In this document: positions 20,501 to 29,814 of the stretch, one piece after another
How the letters are laid out: every line of letters begins with the position of its first letter
How positions within the stretch are numbered: the stretch's first letter is position 1
NCBI GenBank assembly: GCA_963665845.2
Contig: OY762492.1
Span: 224,001-288,000, forward strand
Source: Candidatus Poribacteria bacterium
Lineage (GTDB): Bacteria > Poribacteria > WGA-4E > GCA-2687025
Length of the DNA: 64,000 bases
Direction: 5' to 3'
The notes under the pieces: generated by a model
Databases searched by the model: none
What the model was told of the DNA's origin: nothing
Seen by the model: the letters and a program-made list of their open reading frames with translations, nothing else
Program-made: the position numbers and the translations under genes

Positions 20501-22326
20501 GAATTGACATCGTCCGTATGCCCTGGAAGCGTTCGTATAGGCGCGCCCGTGCCGGCGTTCCAGAGCCGAACTGTGGAGTCGGCGCTGCCGCTGGCGATTG
20601 TCTGACCGTCCGGAGAATACGCGACGGACCAGACAATCGCCGTATGTCCTTCAAGAGTTCGCATCTCCACCCCCGTGTTCGCGTTCCAGAGCCGAACCGC
20701 CGCGCCGACGCCGCCGGCGGCGATTGTCTGACCGTTCGGCGAATACGCGACGGACGTTACGGCGCTGCTATGCCGAAGCGTTCGTATCTTCGCTCCCGTG
20801 CCGGCGTTCCATATCTGAACCGTGGAGTCGGCGCTGCCGCTGACGATCGTCTGACCGTTCGGAGAATACGCGACGGAAAGGACAGCAGCCGTATGTCCTC
20901 GAAGAGTATGTATCGGCGCCTTCGGGACGCCGCTCCAGTTGGCGTTCCAGACCCGAATCACGGCGTCGCCGCTGCCGACGGCGATCGCCTGACCGTTCGG
21001 AGAATAGGCCGCGGACTTGGCGCCAGACGCATGCCCCGCCAGGAGCTTCGGAGCGGTTGGATCCAGAGGCGCTTGAATGACTGCCTTTAGGTCGCCAAAG
21101 TAGTCATGGCGCTGGTCGTGGAACAGACGCGATTCGGTCCAGTTGGCGATGCCGGTCGCAACGCCTACTACGGCGTTTCCGTTTTCAAAGAACACTGGAG
21201 ATCCCGAACCGCCTGGCGCGTGGACCGGGTAATGTGCCATGATCCAGTTATTGTGCTTCACATAGTCGCCGATTTGCCGCGTCTTCGGTTTGCCGCCGCT
21301 GTGTCCGATGGTCTTAATGCGAACGTTGCCCCCCGCGCTCTGGACGCGGGAGTCAAACTCGGACGAGCGCATCAACGTTAGGGGGGCGGGTACCTCAAAG
21401 TCGGGGCGGGTCCAGTTGACGACGCCTACCGCCATGTCATATTCTTCATGAGCGAAAATCACTTCGGCGATGTAGCCATGAACAGGTCCGTCGGTCTCGT
21501 GTTTCGTCATCCAAACCGGAAGATGCGTTTTGGCTACACCGCCGATGACGTGGCGATTCGACAGGATTTTGTTAGGCGCGACTAAAAATCCGGTGCCAAA
21601 TCCGGAGACAGCCCCTATCCGCCCTACAGATTTTCCCAGGACCAGGTCAGAATGATCGGGATCGACAACCGCCAAATCATGGATATAGATTTCATCCGGA
21701 ATAGAAATTTCCTCTGGATGATATGTGACGCCGCCTGCCGTGAATTCGGCGTTGACGCCGAAGTGCATTCCCCATCCGCCGGTTCTCTCGCTCACCTTCA
21801 CCAACACGCGGTTGGATCCAGCTTTCAGGTTGACGCGGACCAAATCCTGATACCGCCCGCGTCCTCGGTTGACCGCGTTCTTATGAACAACCTTGCCGTT
21901 GAGCCAGATCTTGATCGAGTCGTCGCTGCCGCAGGCGAGGAGGACGTTTTCCTGCGCTCTAGGCGACTCAAGATTGATCAGCGCATAGGCGCTGACGTCG
22001 TTCATATCTTCGTTGTCCGTTACGCCGGCGTTGACGAGCATCGCGTTGATGTCGCCGTTGTTGGGCAGCTGAATGGATGTCCATGCGTAGCCGCCGACCT
22101 GGTCGCCCTCATTGGCTCCGTTTGCGGCGACGTCATCTTCGGTGACGGCGCCGTCGGTCGCGGCGGCGAGCTGGTCAAGATCGGTCGAGTTCGCGCCGCC
22201 CTGTCCGGCTTCTGTCGGAGCGATGACCCACAGGTACGGCCCCGATATTTGCTTCTGGGCATGCGCGAGCGTTCCCGCCAGCGCCAGTCCGAGCGCCAGC
22301 GCAAAAAATCGCTTGAACGCTTTCAT
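17512..22326 (-). CDS. Large secreted protein: jelly-roll N-domain, trypsin-like protease, WD40 propellers, two Ig-like domains, FlgD-Ig C-terminal domain
   Basis: Signal peptide AHA-Q; GSDDSIKIWLNG; SNRHV, YDMAV, GGSGSPV; WD40 arrays; VTNGS...YTATI Ig repeats; NYPNPFNPETWIPF...WDGRN..GE..ASGVY...RRMVVLK. Confidence 0.88.
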   Translation of the reverse strand: MKAFKRFFALALGLALAGTLAHAQKQISGPYLWVIAPTEAGQGGANSTDLDQLAAATDGAVTEDDVAANGANEGDQVGGYAWTSIQLPNNGDINAMLVNAGVTDNEDMNDVSAYALINLESPRAQENVLLACGSDDSIKIWLNGKVVHKNAVNRGRGRYQDLVRVNLKAGSNRVLVKVSERTGGWGMHFGVNAEFTAGGVTYHPEEISIPDEIYIHDLAVVDPDHSDLVLGKSVGRIGAVSGFGTGFLVAPNKILSNRHVIGGVAKTHLPVWMTKHETDGPVHGYIAEVIFAHEEYDMAVGVVNWTRPDFEVPAPLTLMRSSEFDSRVQSAGGNVRIKTIGHSGGKPKTRQIGDYVKHNNWIMAHYPVHAPGGSGSPVFFENGNAVVGVATGIANWTESRLFHDQRHDYFGDLKAVIQAPLDPTAPKLLAGHASGAKSAAYSPNGQAIAVGSGDAVIRVWNANWSGVPKAPIHTLRGHTAAVLSVAYSPNGQTIVSGSADSTVQIWNAGTGAKIRTLRHSSAVTSVAYSPNGQTIAAGGVGAAVRLWNANTGVEMRTLEGHTAIVWSVAYSPDGQTIASGSADSTVRLWNAGTGAPIRTLPGHTDDVNSIAYSPNGQTIVSGSADDTIRVWNAGTGAPIRTLQGHTSDVYSVAYSPDGLTIASGSADSTVRIWNANTGAPMQTLEWYQWWRKGIVSFAAYSPNGQKVVSGSADDTIRVWNIATRPIASVSGPIESQTSAFKVTVAFSSAVAGFTSSDIVVTNGSVTNFAGSGAIYTATIEPSSAGAVTVSVPANAAANVWGSSEASNTYSADYRSQQVLTGHTDSVVSVAYSPDGQTIAAGSDDHTIRLWNADTGAHIRTLQGHTNRVKSVAYSPDGLTIASGSNDKTVRIWNADTGAHIRTLQGHTNWVFSAAYSPDGRTLASSSADDTIRIWNANTGAHLRTLRGDTSNVFYSAAYSPDGQTIASGGDDNTIHIWNANTGAHLRTLQGHTAPVNSVAYSPDGQTIASGGDDYKVRIWNANTGALIRTLQGHMNWVSSVAYSPDGQTIAAGSGDNTIWTWNADTGEHLATFRGHTDMVRSVAYSPDGQTIASGSSDNTIRIWDISDLTVPTARPTVIVSGPSEAPAGAFNVTILFSSAVTGFTSSDIVVTNGSATNLAGSGKTYTATIESSSAGAVTVSVPANAAGNNEASNTYSVNIVRGSSFTVDLRLGLNMLHVPVNDPQLKKMSDLYAALGGSQDVQFLVAYSPESNHFKVYTEGLAGSDLPLSDETAVIASMKSAKFVTFTGGLLKREVALRAGMNLIGVTRAGAVETIGDLASLSTVPLIVIALKHDNTGNALFQIANDSTDAAKGGNGYIILAEEDAILTFDGSAWSYGASTAAASAEAAAYDPSAYDPSATPLLVVEGSVAREDNLAPLNGLEISIANLQTGQTASDIAGRGSASGRFSLPLLALTGDSYAVGDAFDLRVSDSSGTFGGVRTVRFVLDKESVSAGRINVGKLLATAVPTESALLPNYPNPFNPETWIPFDLSEESRVAVTIYNAAGQTVRVLQLGELPAGTYRSRGKAAHWDGRNALGEPAASGVYYVRIEAGSFTALRRMVVLK

Positions 22327-22455
22327 GGCATTGTTTCCTTCGCTTCAAGTAAGGCGCGTCCGCTCTGTCAACCGCTTCAGACGCTCCATATGCCGCGCGT
22401 ATTCCTCGCCATCGTCCAAGGTCGGGGCGCCTGGTTTGCCCTTGCGCCGTATCTG

Positions 22456-22500
22456 CGCATATTGTAGGGCGGAAATGGGCTGGGACGCAAGCGGCTAGAC
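22456..22500 (-). promoter_or_regulatory. Promoter module, copy 2
   Basis: GTCTAGCCGC-TTGCGT-18 nt-TACAAT-ATGCGC. Confidence 0.65.
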
Positions 22501-22535
22501 AGACCTCATTGTCTCGCTCAAGGGGCGAAGTCAGC

Positions 22536-25500
22536 TTATTTTAAGACGACCATGCGCCGCAAAGCCGTGAACGAACCCGCCTCAATGCGGACATAATAAA
22601 CCCCGCTGGCGACAGGTTCGCCCAGGCTGTTCCGTCCGTCCCAATGAGCGGACCTTGACCGGCTGCGGTAGGTTCCAGCCGGCAACTCGCCCAGCTGTAA
22701 AACGCGGACGGTTTGACCGGCGGCGTTGTAGATCGTCACGGCGACGCGGCTCGCCTCCGACAGATCGAACGGGATCCAGGTTTCGGGGTTAAACGGGTTC
22801 GGGTAGTTAGGAAGCAACGCCGACTTGGTCGGTATTGCGGTCGCCAACAGCTGTCCGATGTTGATCTTGCCCGCGGAAACAGACTCCTTGTCCAGAACGA
22901 CGCGAACCGACTGAACGCCGAGTGTTCCGCTGGAATCGGAAACGCGCAGATCAAAGGCGTCGCCGATGGCGTAGCTGTCCTCTGTCAACGCCAGAAGCGG
23001 CAGGGAGAAACCGCCGGAAGCGGAGCCGCTGCCCGCCAGATCCGACGCGGTCTGTCCAGTCTGCAGGTTCGTAATGGAAATCTCCAAGCCGTTCAGCGGC
23101 TCCAGATTGTCCTCCCGCGCCACGGAGCCTTCGACTACAAGAAGCGGCGTCGCGGACGGGTCGTACGCGGCCGCCCCCGCGGACGCGGCGGACGTCGCCG
23201 CATCGTTTGACCATGCGGAGCCGTCGAAGGTCAAGACAGTTTCCGCGTCCGCCAAGACGATATAACCCTCGCCGCCCTTCGCCGCGTCGGTTGAGTCGTT
23301 GGCGAGCTGAAAAAGGGCGTTGCCGGTATCGTCATGCTTCAAGGCAATCACGGTCAGCGGAACGGTTGTAAGAGACGTCAAATCGCCGATCGTCTCCACG
23401 GCGCCGGCGCGCGTGACGCCGATCATGTTCATGCCGGCGCGCAGCGAAACCTCCCGCTTCAGAAGCCCGCCCGTGAACGTAACGGACTTGGCACTTTTCA
23501 TGGAGGCTATGACAGCGGTTTCGTCCGACAACAGAAGATCGGAACCGGCCAAGCCTTCCGTATACGCTTTGAAAAGGTTTGATTCGGGAGAGTACGCCAC
23601 CAAAAACTGGACATCTTGAGAACCGCCCAGCGCCGCGTACAGATCGCTCAACTTCTCCAGCTGCGGATCGTTCACCGGAACGTGCAGCATGTTGAGACCC
23701 TGGCGCAGTTGCGCCGTGAAGGAGGTCGTTGTTGGGGGAGACGCAAGATCGCTGACTCCCCAGATCCGAACCGTGTTGTCGCTGCTGCCGCTGGCGAGCG
23801 TCTGACCGTCTGGAGAATAATCCACCGAAAAGACCTTGCCCGTATGTCCCTTGAGGGTTCGGAGATGCGCGCCCGTGTTGGCGTTCCAGGTCCGAATCGT
23901 TTTGTCGTCGCTGCCGCTGGCGAGCGTCTGACCGTCCGGTGAATACGCCACGGACCAGACGGCAGCCGTATGCCCTTCAAGAGCGCGTATCAGGGCCCCC
24001 GTCTCGGCGTTCCATATGCGAATCTTGTAGTCCCAGCTGCCGCTGGCGATTGTCAAACCGTCCGGTGAATACGCTACGGATCTGACCCGATCCGTATGTC
24101 CCTGGAGGGTTCGTATATGTTCCCCCGTGTTGGCGTTCCAGAGCCGAATCGTGTTGTCGCCGCTGCCGCTGGCGATGGTCTGACCGTCCGGCGAATACGC
24201 TACAGAATAGACCGTCCGATTATGTCCTTGAAGAGTTCGTATATGCGCCCCCGTGTCGGCGTTCCAGATAGGAATCGTACCGGCGCCGCCGCCGGCGCCG
24301 GCGATCGTCTGACCGTCCGGCGAATACGCTGTCGTAAAGACCCAATTCGGATATTGGAGGGTTCGTATCTCCGCGCCCGTGTTAGCGTTCCAGATACGAA
24401 TCGTTTCGTCGAAGCCGCCGCTGACGAGCGTCTGACCGTCCGGGGAATACGCTACGGATCTGACCTGATTCGTATGCCCCTGCAGGGTTCGGAGATGCTC
24501 TCCCGTGTCGGCGTTCCAGAGCCCAATCGTGTTGTCGCCGCTGCCGCTGGCGATGGTCTGACCGTCCGGAGAATACGCTATAGAAATGACGCTTTTCGTA
24601 TGCCCTGTCAGGACCTGTTGCGCGCGGTAGTCGACAGAGTAGATGTTGGAGGCTTCGCTGCTCCCCCAGACGTTGGAAGCGGCGTTGGCGGGAACGCTCA
24701 CCGTGACGGCTCCTGAGCTGGACGGTTCAATTGTTGCCGTGTAACTGGCGCCGCTGCCGGCAAGGTTGGTCGCGGAGCCGTTGGTCACAACGATGTCGGA
24801 CGATGTGAAGCCTGTAACAGCGGAGCTGAATGCGATCTTTACATCGAACGCGCCTGTTTGCGATTCGCTCGGACCGGACACGGACGCTATTGGGCGGATT
24901 GCGATGTTCCAGATCCGAATCGTATCGTCGGGGCTGCGGCTGACGATCTTCTGACTGTCCGGAGAATACGCCGCGAACCAGACAGCGCCCGGACGCCACC
25001 ATTTATACCATTCAAGAGTTTGCATCGGCGCGCCCGTGTTGGCGTTCCAGATACGTACCGTGGAGTCGCGGCTGCCGCTGGCGATCGTCAAACCGTCCGG
25101 AGAATACGCCGCCGAAACGACATCGTTCGTATGCCCTTCAAGCGTTCGTACCAGCGTACCCGTGTTCGGGTCCCAGACCCGAATCGTGTCGTCGGCGCTG
25201 CCGCTGGCGATCGTCCGACCGTCCGGAGAATACGCGACGGAATGGACAGCAGCCGTATGCCCTTGAAGCGTTTGTATCTCCGCGCCCGTGTCGGCATTCC
25301 AGATCCGAATCGTGTTGTCGGCGCTTCCGCTGACGATCGTCCGACCATCCGGAGAATACGCGACCGAATTGACCGTAGACGTATGCCCTTGAAGCGCTCG
25401 TATCTCCTCCCCCGCGCTGGCGTTCCAGATACGTACCGTGGAGTCGTCGCTGCCGCTGACGATCGTTTGGCCGTCCGGAGAATATGCCACGGACCAGACA

Positions 25501-27050
25501 TTATTCCTATGCCCTGTGAGCGTTCGGAGATGCGCCCCTGTGTTGGCGTCCCATATCCGAATCGTGTCGTCGTAACTGCCGCTGGCGATCGTTTGGCCGT
25601 TCGGCGAATAGGCGACGGAAAGGACGCCAGCCGTATGCCCTCGAAGAGTGTGTATCGGCGCCTTCGGGACGCCGCTCCAGACTGCGTTCCAGATCCGAAT
25701 CGCGCCGTCGCCGCTGCCGACGGCGATCGCCTGGCCGTCCGGCGAATACGCCGCGGACTTGGCATCCGACGCATGCCCCGCCAGGAGCTTCGGAGCGGTT
25801 GGATCTAGAGGCGCTTCAATGACCGCTGTCAGATCGCCAAAGTAGTCATGGCGCTGATCATGGAACAGGGACGATGCCGTCCAGTCGGCGATGCCGAATA
25901 CAACGCCTACTACGGCGTTTCCGTTTTCAAAGAACACAGGGGATCCCGATCCGCCTAGCGCGTGGATCGGGTAATGTTCCAAAACAAACTCATTGTGCTT
26001 CACATAGTCGCCGATTTGCCGCGTCTTCGGTCCGCTGCGGCTGTGTCCGATCGACTTAATGCGAACGTCGCCCTCCGCAAGCTGGAAGCGGGAGTCAAAC
26101 TCGGACGAGCGCATCAACGTCAGGGGGGCGGGTACCTCAAAGCCGGGGCGAGTCCAGTTGATGACGCCTACCGCCATGTCGTACTCTTTATGAGCGAAAA
26201 TCACTTCGGTGATGTAGCCATGAACAGGTCCGTCGGTCTCATGTTTCGTCATCCAAACCGGAAGATGCGTTTTGGCTGCATCGCCGATGACATGGCGATT
26301 CGACAGGATTTTGTTAGGCGCGACTAAAAATCCGGTGCCAAATCCGGAGACGGCGCCGATATGTCCTACAGATTTTCCCAGGACCAGGTCAGGATGATCG
26401 GGATCGGCGGCCGCCAGATCATGGATATAGATTTCCTCCGGATGATATGTGACGCCGCCTGCCGTGAAGTAGGCGTTGATGCCGAAGTGCATGCCCCAGC
26501 CGTCGACTGCCTCGCTCACCTTCACCAACACGCGGTTGGTTCCAGCTTTCAGGTTGACGCGAACCTTATCCTGATACCGCGCGCGCCCTCGGTTGACCGC
26601 GTTCTTATGAACAACCTCGCCGTTGAGCCATATCTTGATCGAGTCGTCGCTGCCGCAGGCGAGGAGGACGTTCTCCTGCGCGGACGGCGACTCAAGATCG
26701 ATCAGCGCGTAGGAGCTGACGTCGTCCATAGCGGCGTTGTCCGTTACGCCGGCGTTGACGAGCATCGCGTTGATGTCGCCGTTGTCGGGCAGCTGAATGG
26801 ATGTCCATGCGTAGCCGCCGACCTGGTCGCCCTCATTGGCGCCGTTTTTAGCGACGCCTTCTTCGGTGACGGCGCCGTCGGTCGCGGCGGCGAGCTGGTC
26901 AAGATCGGTCGACGCCGCGCCGCCCTGTGCGTCTTCTGTCGGGGCGATGACCCACAGGTACGGCCCCGATATTTGCGTCTGAGCATGCGCGAGCGTTCCC
27001 GCCAGCGCCAGTCCGAGCGCCAGCGCAAAAAATCGCTTGAACGCTTTCAT
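22536..27050 (-). CDS. Tandem paralog of 17512..22326 with one Ig-like domain
   Basis: Same signal peptide and domain order, high DNA identity. Lacks the second Ig-like domain. Confidence 0.88.
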   Translation of the reverse strand: MKAFKRFFALALGLALAGTLAHAQTQISGPYLWVIAPTEDAQGGAASTDLDQLAAATDGAVTEEGVAKNGANEGDQVGGYAWTSIQLPDNGDINAMLVNAGVTDNAAMDDVSSYALIDLESPSAQENVLLACGSDDSIKIWLNGEVVHKNAVNRGRARYQDKVRVNLKAGTNRVLVKVSEAVDGWGMHFGINAYFTAGGVTYHPEEIYIHDLAAADPDHPDLVLGKSVGHIGAVSGFGTGFLVAPNKILSNRHVIGDAAKTHLPVWMTKHETDGPVHGYITEVIFAHKEYDMAVGVINWTRPGFEVPAPLTLMRSSEFDSRFQLAEGDVRIKSIGHSRSGPKTRQIGDYVKHNEFVLEHYPIHALGGSGSPVFFENGNAVVGVVFGIADWTASSLFHDQRHDYFGDLTAVIEAPLDPTAPKLLAGHASDAKSAAYSPDGQAIAVGSGDGAIRIWNAVWSGVPKAPIHTLRGHTAGVLSVAYSPNGQTIASGSYDDTIRIWDANTGAHLRTLTGHRNNVWSVAYSPDGQTIVSGSDDSTVRIWNASAGEEIRALQGHTSTVNSVAYSPDGRTIVSGSADNTIRIWNADTGAEIQTLQGHTAAVHSVAYSPDGRTIASGSADDTIRVWDPNTGTLVRTLEGHTNDVVSAAYSPDGLTIASGSRDSTVRIWNANTGAPMQTLEWYKWWRPGAVWFAAYSPDSQKIVSRSPDDTIRIWNIAIRPIASVSGPSESQTGAFDVKIAFSSAVTGFTSSDIVVTNGSATNLAGSGASYTATIEPSSSGAVTVSVPANAASNVWGSSEASNIYSVDYRAQQVLTGHTKSVISIAYSPDGQTIASGSGDNTIGLWNADTGEHLRTLQGHTNQVRSVAYSPDGQTLVSGGFDETIRIWNANTGAEIRTLQYPNWVFTTAYSPDGQTIAGAGGGAGTIPIWNADTGAHIRTLQGHNRTVYSVAYSPDGQTIASGSGDNTIRLWNANTGEHIRTLQGHTDRVRSVAYSPDGLTIASGSWDYKIRIWNAETGALIRALEGHTAAVWSVAYSPDGQTLASGSDDKTIRTWNANTGAHLRTLKGHTGKVFSVDYSPDGQTLASGSSDNTVRIWGVSDLASPPTTTSFTAQLRQGLNMLHVPVNDPQLEKLSDLYAALGGSQDVQFLVAYSPESNLFKAYTEGLAGSDLLLSDETAVIASMKSAKSVTFTGGLLKREVSLRAGMNMIGVTRAGAVETIGDLTSLTTVPLTVIALKHDDTGNALFQLANDSTDAAKGGEGYIVLADAETVLTFDGSAWSNDAATSAASAGAAAYDPSATPLLVVEGSVAREDNLEPLNGLEISITNLQTGQTASDLAGSGSASGGFSLPLLALTEDSYAIGDAFDLRVSDSSGTLGVQSVRVVLDKESVSAGKINIGQLLATAIPTKSALLPNYPNPFNPETWIPFDLSEASRVAVTIYNAAGQTVRVLQLGELPAGTYRSRSRSAHWDGRNSLGEPVASGVYYVRIEAGSFTALRRMVVLK

Positions 27051-27133
27051 AACATTGTTGCCTTCGCTTCAAGTAAGGCGCGTATTCCTCGCCGTCCAGG
27101 GTCGGGCGACAGGTCTGTCCTTGCGCCGTAGTT

Positions 27134-27178
27134 GCGCATATTGTAGGGCGGAAGCGGCTGGAACGCAAGCGGCTAGAC
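27134..27178 (-). promoter_or_regulatory. Promoter module, copy 3
   Basis: GTCTAGCCGC-TTGCGT-17 nt-TACAAT-ATGCGC. Confidence 0.65.
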
Positions 27179-27179
27179 G

Positions 27180-29810
27180 CTATGAGAGCGTCGCGCGCAG
27201 GTCCTCTAAGTCGCGCTTGAGGTTGTCGGGGAGGTTGAGGGCGAGGAGGTTGTCAATCAGCTCTTTCACTGTGCCGCTCCCAAACCATATCGATGAGATC
27301 TTGTGTAAGTGAAGAAGCATCTCAGCGGCTGCATCTGGATATTTTGACCAGAGACCAGATTTGCTGAGCCAATAAACAAAATCTGTACCGACCGGCTCGT
27401 ACGGCTTCATCCGCCTTGCCAATTCGACAGCCTCTGGAAACGCGGAGCCGAAGTAAATCGGCCATGAAAACATTTTTGCGATCTCTTTGTCGTCAAACCG
27501 CTTTGGAACGCCATCAAGGCGGTTTTCCCAATACCGTTTGAGCCAGCGGTTCCAAACATCGCGCAGCGCATCTTCTTGCTCGCGTAAGTAGTTGAGACGT
27601 ATGAGGTTGTCAAGTTTCTCTGTGAAATCGCGCAGATTCTCTTCGCTGCTGCGCTTGAAGAATTCTGGAATCCATTTTTCTAGCGGATCTTCGATGAAGC
27701 TCGCCGCCATTTGCACATAGTACTCGATAAACCCGCCGCTCAGCTTATTGTCCATCAGAATTCTATCGATGGCTTTTAAGCTCGGTTCGTATAAAATTTC
27801 TGCTGTCTCTTTGGTAAGACACATTCGGAACAGGAAACCAATCCAGACCGAACGGAATTCGTCGTCATCTGTAAAAGACGGAAGCAGATTTTCTTTCGTC
27901 CATTCCTGATCAACATAGAGCAAGAGAGCAAATCTTTGAGCGAGGGTTGACCGACCGATGCGGCCGTTCGCCGATGGATCCTGCGCAATTTTTGACAACG
28001 CCTTTTTCCAGTCTTGCTCAAGTCCTTCAGGCGCGGATTCTGTATTTCTGAGCAGCAGCAAAAGTCCATCCAACCAGTAGTGCGCAAGACGCGATGCGGG
28101 GCGATTGTCAATAAATGGAGCGGGTGCGGGAAGCTCTGTGTCATGCTGGTCAATCTTGTCCCAAAGAGATGCAGCAATTCTGTTTGTGTCAGACAGCAAT
28201 TCAAGAGCGTAAGGAGCTCCGCCGTTCACCACCAACGAATTGAGCGTCCAGATAATGAAATAATCGCGCTCTTCTTTCCCGTGCAGATTCTCGTTGGCTA
28301 TCCATTTCACAACTTTCTCATACCGGTCTTTATCCAGATCGGTTCCAGCCATATTGTCGCCGTGGGACCATGCTTCTATCAAGCCCAACCAAGCGTCTGT
28401 CTCCCATTCCCCCTCCTTTGCAAGCGCGTCCGCAAGTTCTCGGCTCCAGTCGAAATTCGTTCTTGCAGCTTTCGTTACTGCAGCAGTCAAATCGCCAGAA
28501 GATTGGCTGAACAGGTCAATTAATTCGGGGACCCACTCCGACCCACGTCTTCCTAGCAATTGGTCTGCGCTAACGGATTTTGATTCATCACCGCCGCGCT
28601 TATCGCCAGAGTCATTTCTCGGCTTCCATTCGGGACGCCTGCTTTGCGCTTCCTTGAACGCCGCCTTCGCCAGCAGGCATTCGGGATCGGAGCGTAGCAG
28701 ACAGTGATACCATTCGTATTGTTCGCGAACATCTCGATTCTCTGCGACGGATTCGATCATGGCTTTACGCCGTTCATCATTGAGGCGCGGATAAATTTCC
28801 TCCGCGAGTTTGTATAAATCTTGGCGAGGATCCCGGTCATTGATGCGCTTCATTTCCAGCAACGGGTTTGTTTCCAACAACCATGCGGCCTTCTGCTCTG
28901 GCTTTGGAGACATGCTTTCATCCATTCTGACGGAATGGACGGCAAGAGCGCGCAGTAGCGGCGATTCCGATTTTGCAAGACGGCGTTGCCAATACGTCCC
29001 ATCTTCTCTGCGCTCTTTGATCAGCCAATCAAGACAGTCCCGCGCCGCGTAGAGCGTCAAGGAAGCGAATCCATAGACATTGTTGACAGGGTCTAGATTA
29101 GCGATCAATCCCATTATCCAAAACGATTGGTCATGATGCAGGCTCGCGCTTTTCCATCTGCTGAGTGTTTCATGTCTGTCCTCCAATCGTTGAATTAACC
29201 GACCCAGCGTGTGCTCTGCGGACTGATCAAGTTGACGGCGCAAAATATTGACCCACAACATGTGAGAATGGTTGTGCTCATACACCAGCTTAAACTCTCG
29301 AGTAGCAGGATCGAAGTTGGCTGTCAGCATCGTTTCAAAAATCCGAAAAGCGGACCGCATCAATTTTCTTTGAACGCAGTATTCAGCCAATATTTTCAAT
29401 TCCAAACCTAGATCAGAATCTTCAGGAACTCTCGAAAGCAGCAGCGTCACCCATTGACCAAATGCCTCATCATTTAGATCGTCGGATTGAACAGCGTTCG
29501 CTAGCTCTCTCCAAAAATAAGCAGGAAGGCGGCCCTTTCGCCGACCAATCACACGCTGCAGCCTGTCCGCATGGGCGACAGCAAATTTCTCGACAAGCCA
29601 ACGCGCCCATAGACCAGCGTTGCGGCTCCATTCGTTTTCCGTGAAAAGATCATTCAGATAGCCGCGTTTATCAAGCCAATCAAGCCAATCAGGAGAAGCC
29701 ATTGACCTCGTGAAAAATCTAACTTTTTCATCGTCATTGAGCGCGTATTCAATGCGGCTTAGTTCTTTATCGCTGTATTCATGCGGGGATTTTTGTAGAA
29801 ATATCTTCAT
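27180..29810 (-). CDS. Helical DUF4020-like protein, C-terminal part of a DSR1-like defence gene
   Basis: Trp-rich helical sequence (RFFT...PDWLDWL; WNRWLKRYWENRLDGVP...FPEAVELA), 4 nt downstream of the SIR2 ORF, visibly lower GC than its flanks. Confidence 0.65.
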   Translation of the reverse strand: MKIFLQKSPHEYSDKELSRIEYALNDDEKVRFFTRSMASPDWLDWLDKRGYLNDLFTENEWSRNAGLWARWLVEKFAVAHADRLQRVIGRRKGRLPAYFWRELANAVQSDDLNDEAFGQWVTLLLSRVPEDSDLGLELKILAEYCVQRKLMRSAFRIFETMLTANFDPATREFKLVYEHNHSHMLWVNILRRQLDQSAEHTLGRLIQRLEDRHETLSRWKSASLHHDQSFWIMGLIANLDPVNNVYGFASLTLYAARDCLDWLIKERREDGTYWQRRLAKSESPLLRALAVHSVRMDESMSPKPEQKAAWLLETNPLLEMKRINDRDPRQDLYKLAEEIYPRLNDERRKAMIESVAENRDVREQYEWYHCLLRSDPECLLAKAAFKEAQSRRPEWKPRNDSGDKRGGDESKSVSADQLLGRRGSEWVPELIDLFSQSSGDLTAAVTKAARTNFDWSRELADALAKEGEWETDAWLGLIEAWSHGDNMAGTDLDKDRYEKVVKWIANENLHGKEERDYFIIWTLNSLVVNGGAPYALELLSDTNRIAASLWDKIDQHDTELPAPAPFIDNRPASRLAHYWLDGLLLLLRNTESAPEGLEQDWKKALSKIAQDPSANGRIGRSTLAQRFALLLYVDQEWTKENLLPSFTDDDEFRSVWIGFLFRMCLTKETAEILYEPSLKAIDRILMDNKLSGGFIEYYVQMAASFIEDPLEKWIPEFFKRSSEENLRDFTEKLDNLIRLNYLREQEDALRDVWNRWLKRYWENRLDGVPKRFDDKEIAKMFSWPIYFGSAFPEAVELARRMKPYEPVGTDFVYWLSKSGLWSKYPDAAAEMLLHLHKISSIWFGSGTVKELIDNLLALNLPDNLKRDLEDLRATLS

Positions 29811-29814
29811 GACC

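Noticed and set aside
17512-27050. Diversity-generating retroelement explaining the paralog and repeat variation
   Set aside because: No reverse transcriptase is in the window, and by eye the differences are not confined to adenines.
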